Of a stretch of 64,000 nucleotides of DNA, positions 62,857 to 64,000 are shown in pieces. A program made the position numbers and the translations under genes. Origin of the DNA: Callorhinchus milii (lineage: Eukaryota); NCBI RefSeq assembly GCF_018977255.1, contig NW_024704743.1, forward strand, positions 21,206,001 to 21,270,000, given 5' to 3'. How positions within the stretch are numbered: position 1 is the first letter of the stretch; each line of letters opens with the position of its first letter. The notes below the pieces were generated by a model. That model searched no databases and was not told the origin of the DNA. It saw only the letters and a list, made by a program, of their open reading frames with translations.

Positions 62857-63185
62857 TTCAAAACTAACAGGCGGAAGTGACATCACGTGAGGAGTTTCAA
62901 CCATTGGTTCAGGCGGGATATTTTGAAATGGCGTCTCCGCAACTGGACTCATATCTTGGCCCTGCTGCTACCTGTCGGCTCCCACTTACTTCGCTCCCGG
63001 AGCCCGCGCTGCTGCCGCACTCACCTCCCACACTAACCTCGTGCCGGAACAGCTCGCTCGGTTTGCCCCGGCGCTGCCATGCCCGGTTACCTCCCGCCCG
63101 CCCGCCTGCCTGCTGGCTCCCAGTCGCACTCCCCAGTCCTGCTTCTCTTCTGCAACGCCTCCCGTCTGCCTGCTCGCGTCTGCAA
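62857..63185. promoter_or_regulatory. CpG island with promoter motif cluster (ETS-CRE, E-box, CCAAT, CDE/CHR, YY1)
   Basis: About 26 CpG counted in 62871-63180; GCGGAAGTGACATCAC 62871-62886, CACGTG 62884-62889, ATTGG 62903-62907, GGCGGG 62912-62917 plus 4 nt plus TTTGAA 62922-62927, AAATGGCG 62926-62933. Confidence 0.7.
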
Positions 63186-63340
63186 GGTCTATACTGTTTC
63201 TTATCAATCCCTGTGGGGTTGTGCGGGGAAACAACTTTTGCCTGGACACTGTCCTACAGGACTGCACAGAGAAGGGGCGAAGGGCACTCTGGTCTCTCTT
63301 CAAGGACGGCAAAGTCTCAAATCAGGTCAAGCTTATGGCA

Positions 63341-63659
63341 TATAATAATAATAATAATCCTTGCATTTGATATGGCGCTTTTCACGTCTTCTAGTTGTCT
63401 CAAAGCGCTTCACAGAATAGACTGTAAAGTGAATTGACCGTATATTTGGGGCGAAACGCGGCAGCCACTTGCGCACAACAGTGTCCCACAAACAGTCGTG
63501 GATTTAGGTGATCAATTTATAATTGTTTTATTTTTGAGGAATTATTATTAGGCGTGTGGAGTAAGGAAACTTGCCCAAGGTTTCGCCCTCTGCCTGGAAT
63601 TGAACTCAGGTCTCTCACTTGCAAAGCAAGTGCTCTAACCACTGAGCTACAGGACTCCA
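63341..63659 (-). mobile_element. tRNA-derived SINE, short form with long-form-type tail
   Basis: Internal segment absent; head like the young short copies; tail loop GAGACAACTAGAAGACGTG on the element strand. Confidence 0.93.
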
Positions 63660-64000
63660 CAATATAAGACCTGTGTGCAAAACAGTCCTCATTTATTGTT
63701 GTGAGCTCCTAAGGATGCAGTGAAGAGGCTTCCTCTGGCCCATTTGCAAAGTCCAGAATCAAGCAGTGAGATGGATTTGTAGCAAACGTGGGAATTGGCT
63801 GCAGGGAGCGAAGGCTCCAGACTGTCGCTAAGCCCTCTGGAGGCAAAGTCAGCTTCATAGTCGGCAAGTCTATCGTCAAGGCCTCTCGAGTGAGGACCTG
63901 GGTTAAGTGCTGAGTTAGCCTGGTAAGCGGCATTGGACTTGGAAATTGAGAACATCAAAATGGCTGTCATGTCACAAGCTATTCTGTAAAGGTCCTCCCA

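Noticed and set aside
6889..63659. Recurring short ORFs containing [10 protein letters not shown] or ILAFDIA as a small-protein family
   Set aside because: They are translations of the same SINE in varying frames, with no frame conservation
63689..63970. Minus ORF of 93 aa near the window end as a coding exon
   Set aside because: No recognisable domain or convincing splice sites, and the length is within chance expectation

Overview
Repeat-rich, CpG-depleted vertebrate genomic DNA. I found no recognisable host protein-coding exon, rRNA, true tRNA gene or CRISPR array, so this is probably intergenic DNA or a long intron. The repeats are CR1 and L2 LINE 3' fragments, Deu-domain SINEs, about 19 copies of a young tRNA-Ala-like SINE with an (ATT)n tail, a Penelope-type terminal fragment, and hAT and Tc1/mariner derivatives. 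This mix suggests a cartilaginous fish, possibly a holocephalan (inference, no database search). Every ORF I can assign is a broken LINE reverse transcriptase or transposase remnant. The most notable non-repeat signal is a CpG island at about 62.5-63.2 kb. It carries a 63-bp cluster of ETS-CRE, E-box, CCAAT, CDE/CHR and YY1 motifs typical of DREAM-regulated cell-cycle promoters, plus three minus-strand 5' splice sites. Other points of interest are a visible SINE subfamily series with a tail matching a young L2, several nested insertions, and unusual junctions. Boundaries of old repeats were read by eye and are approximate.
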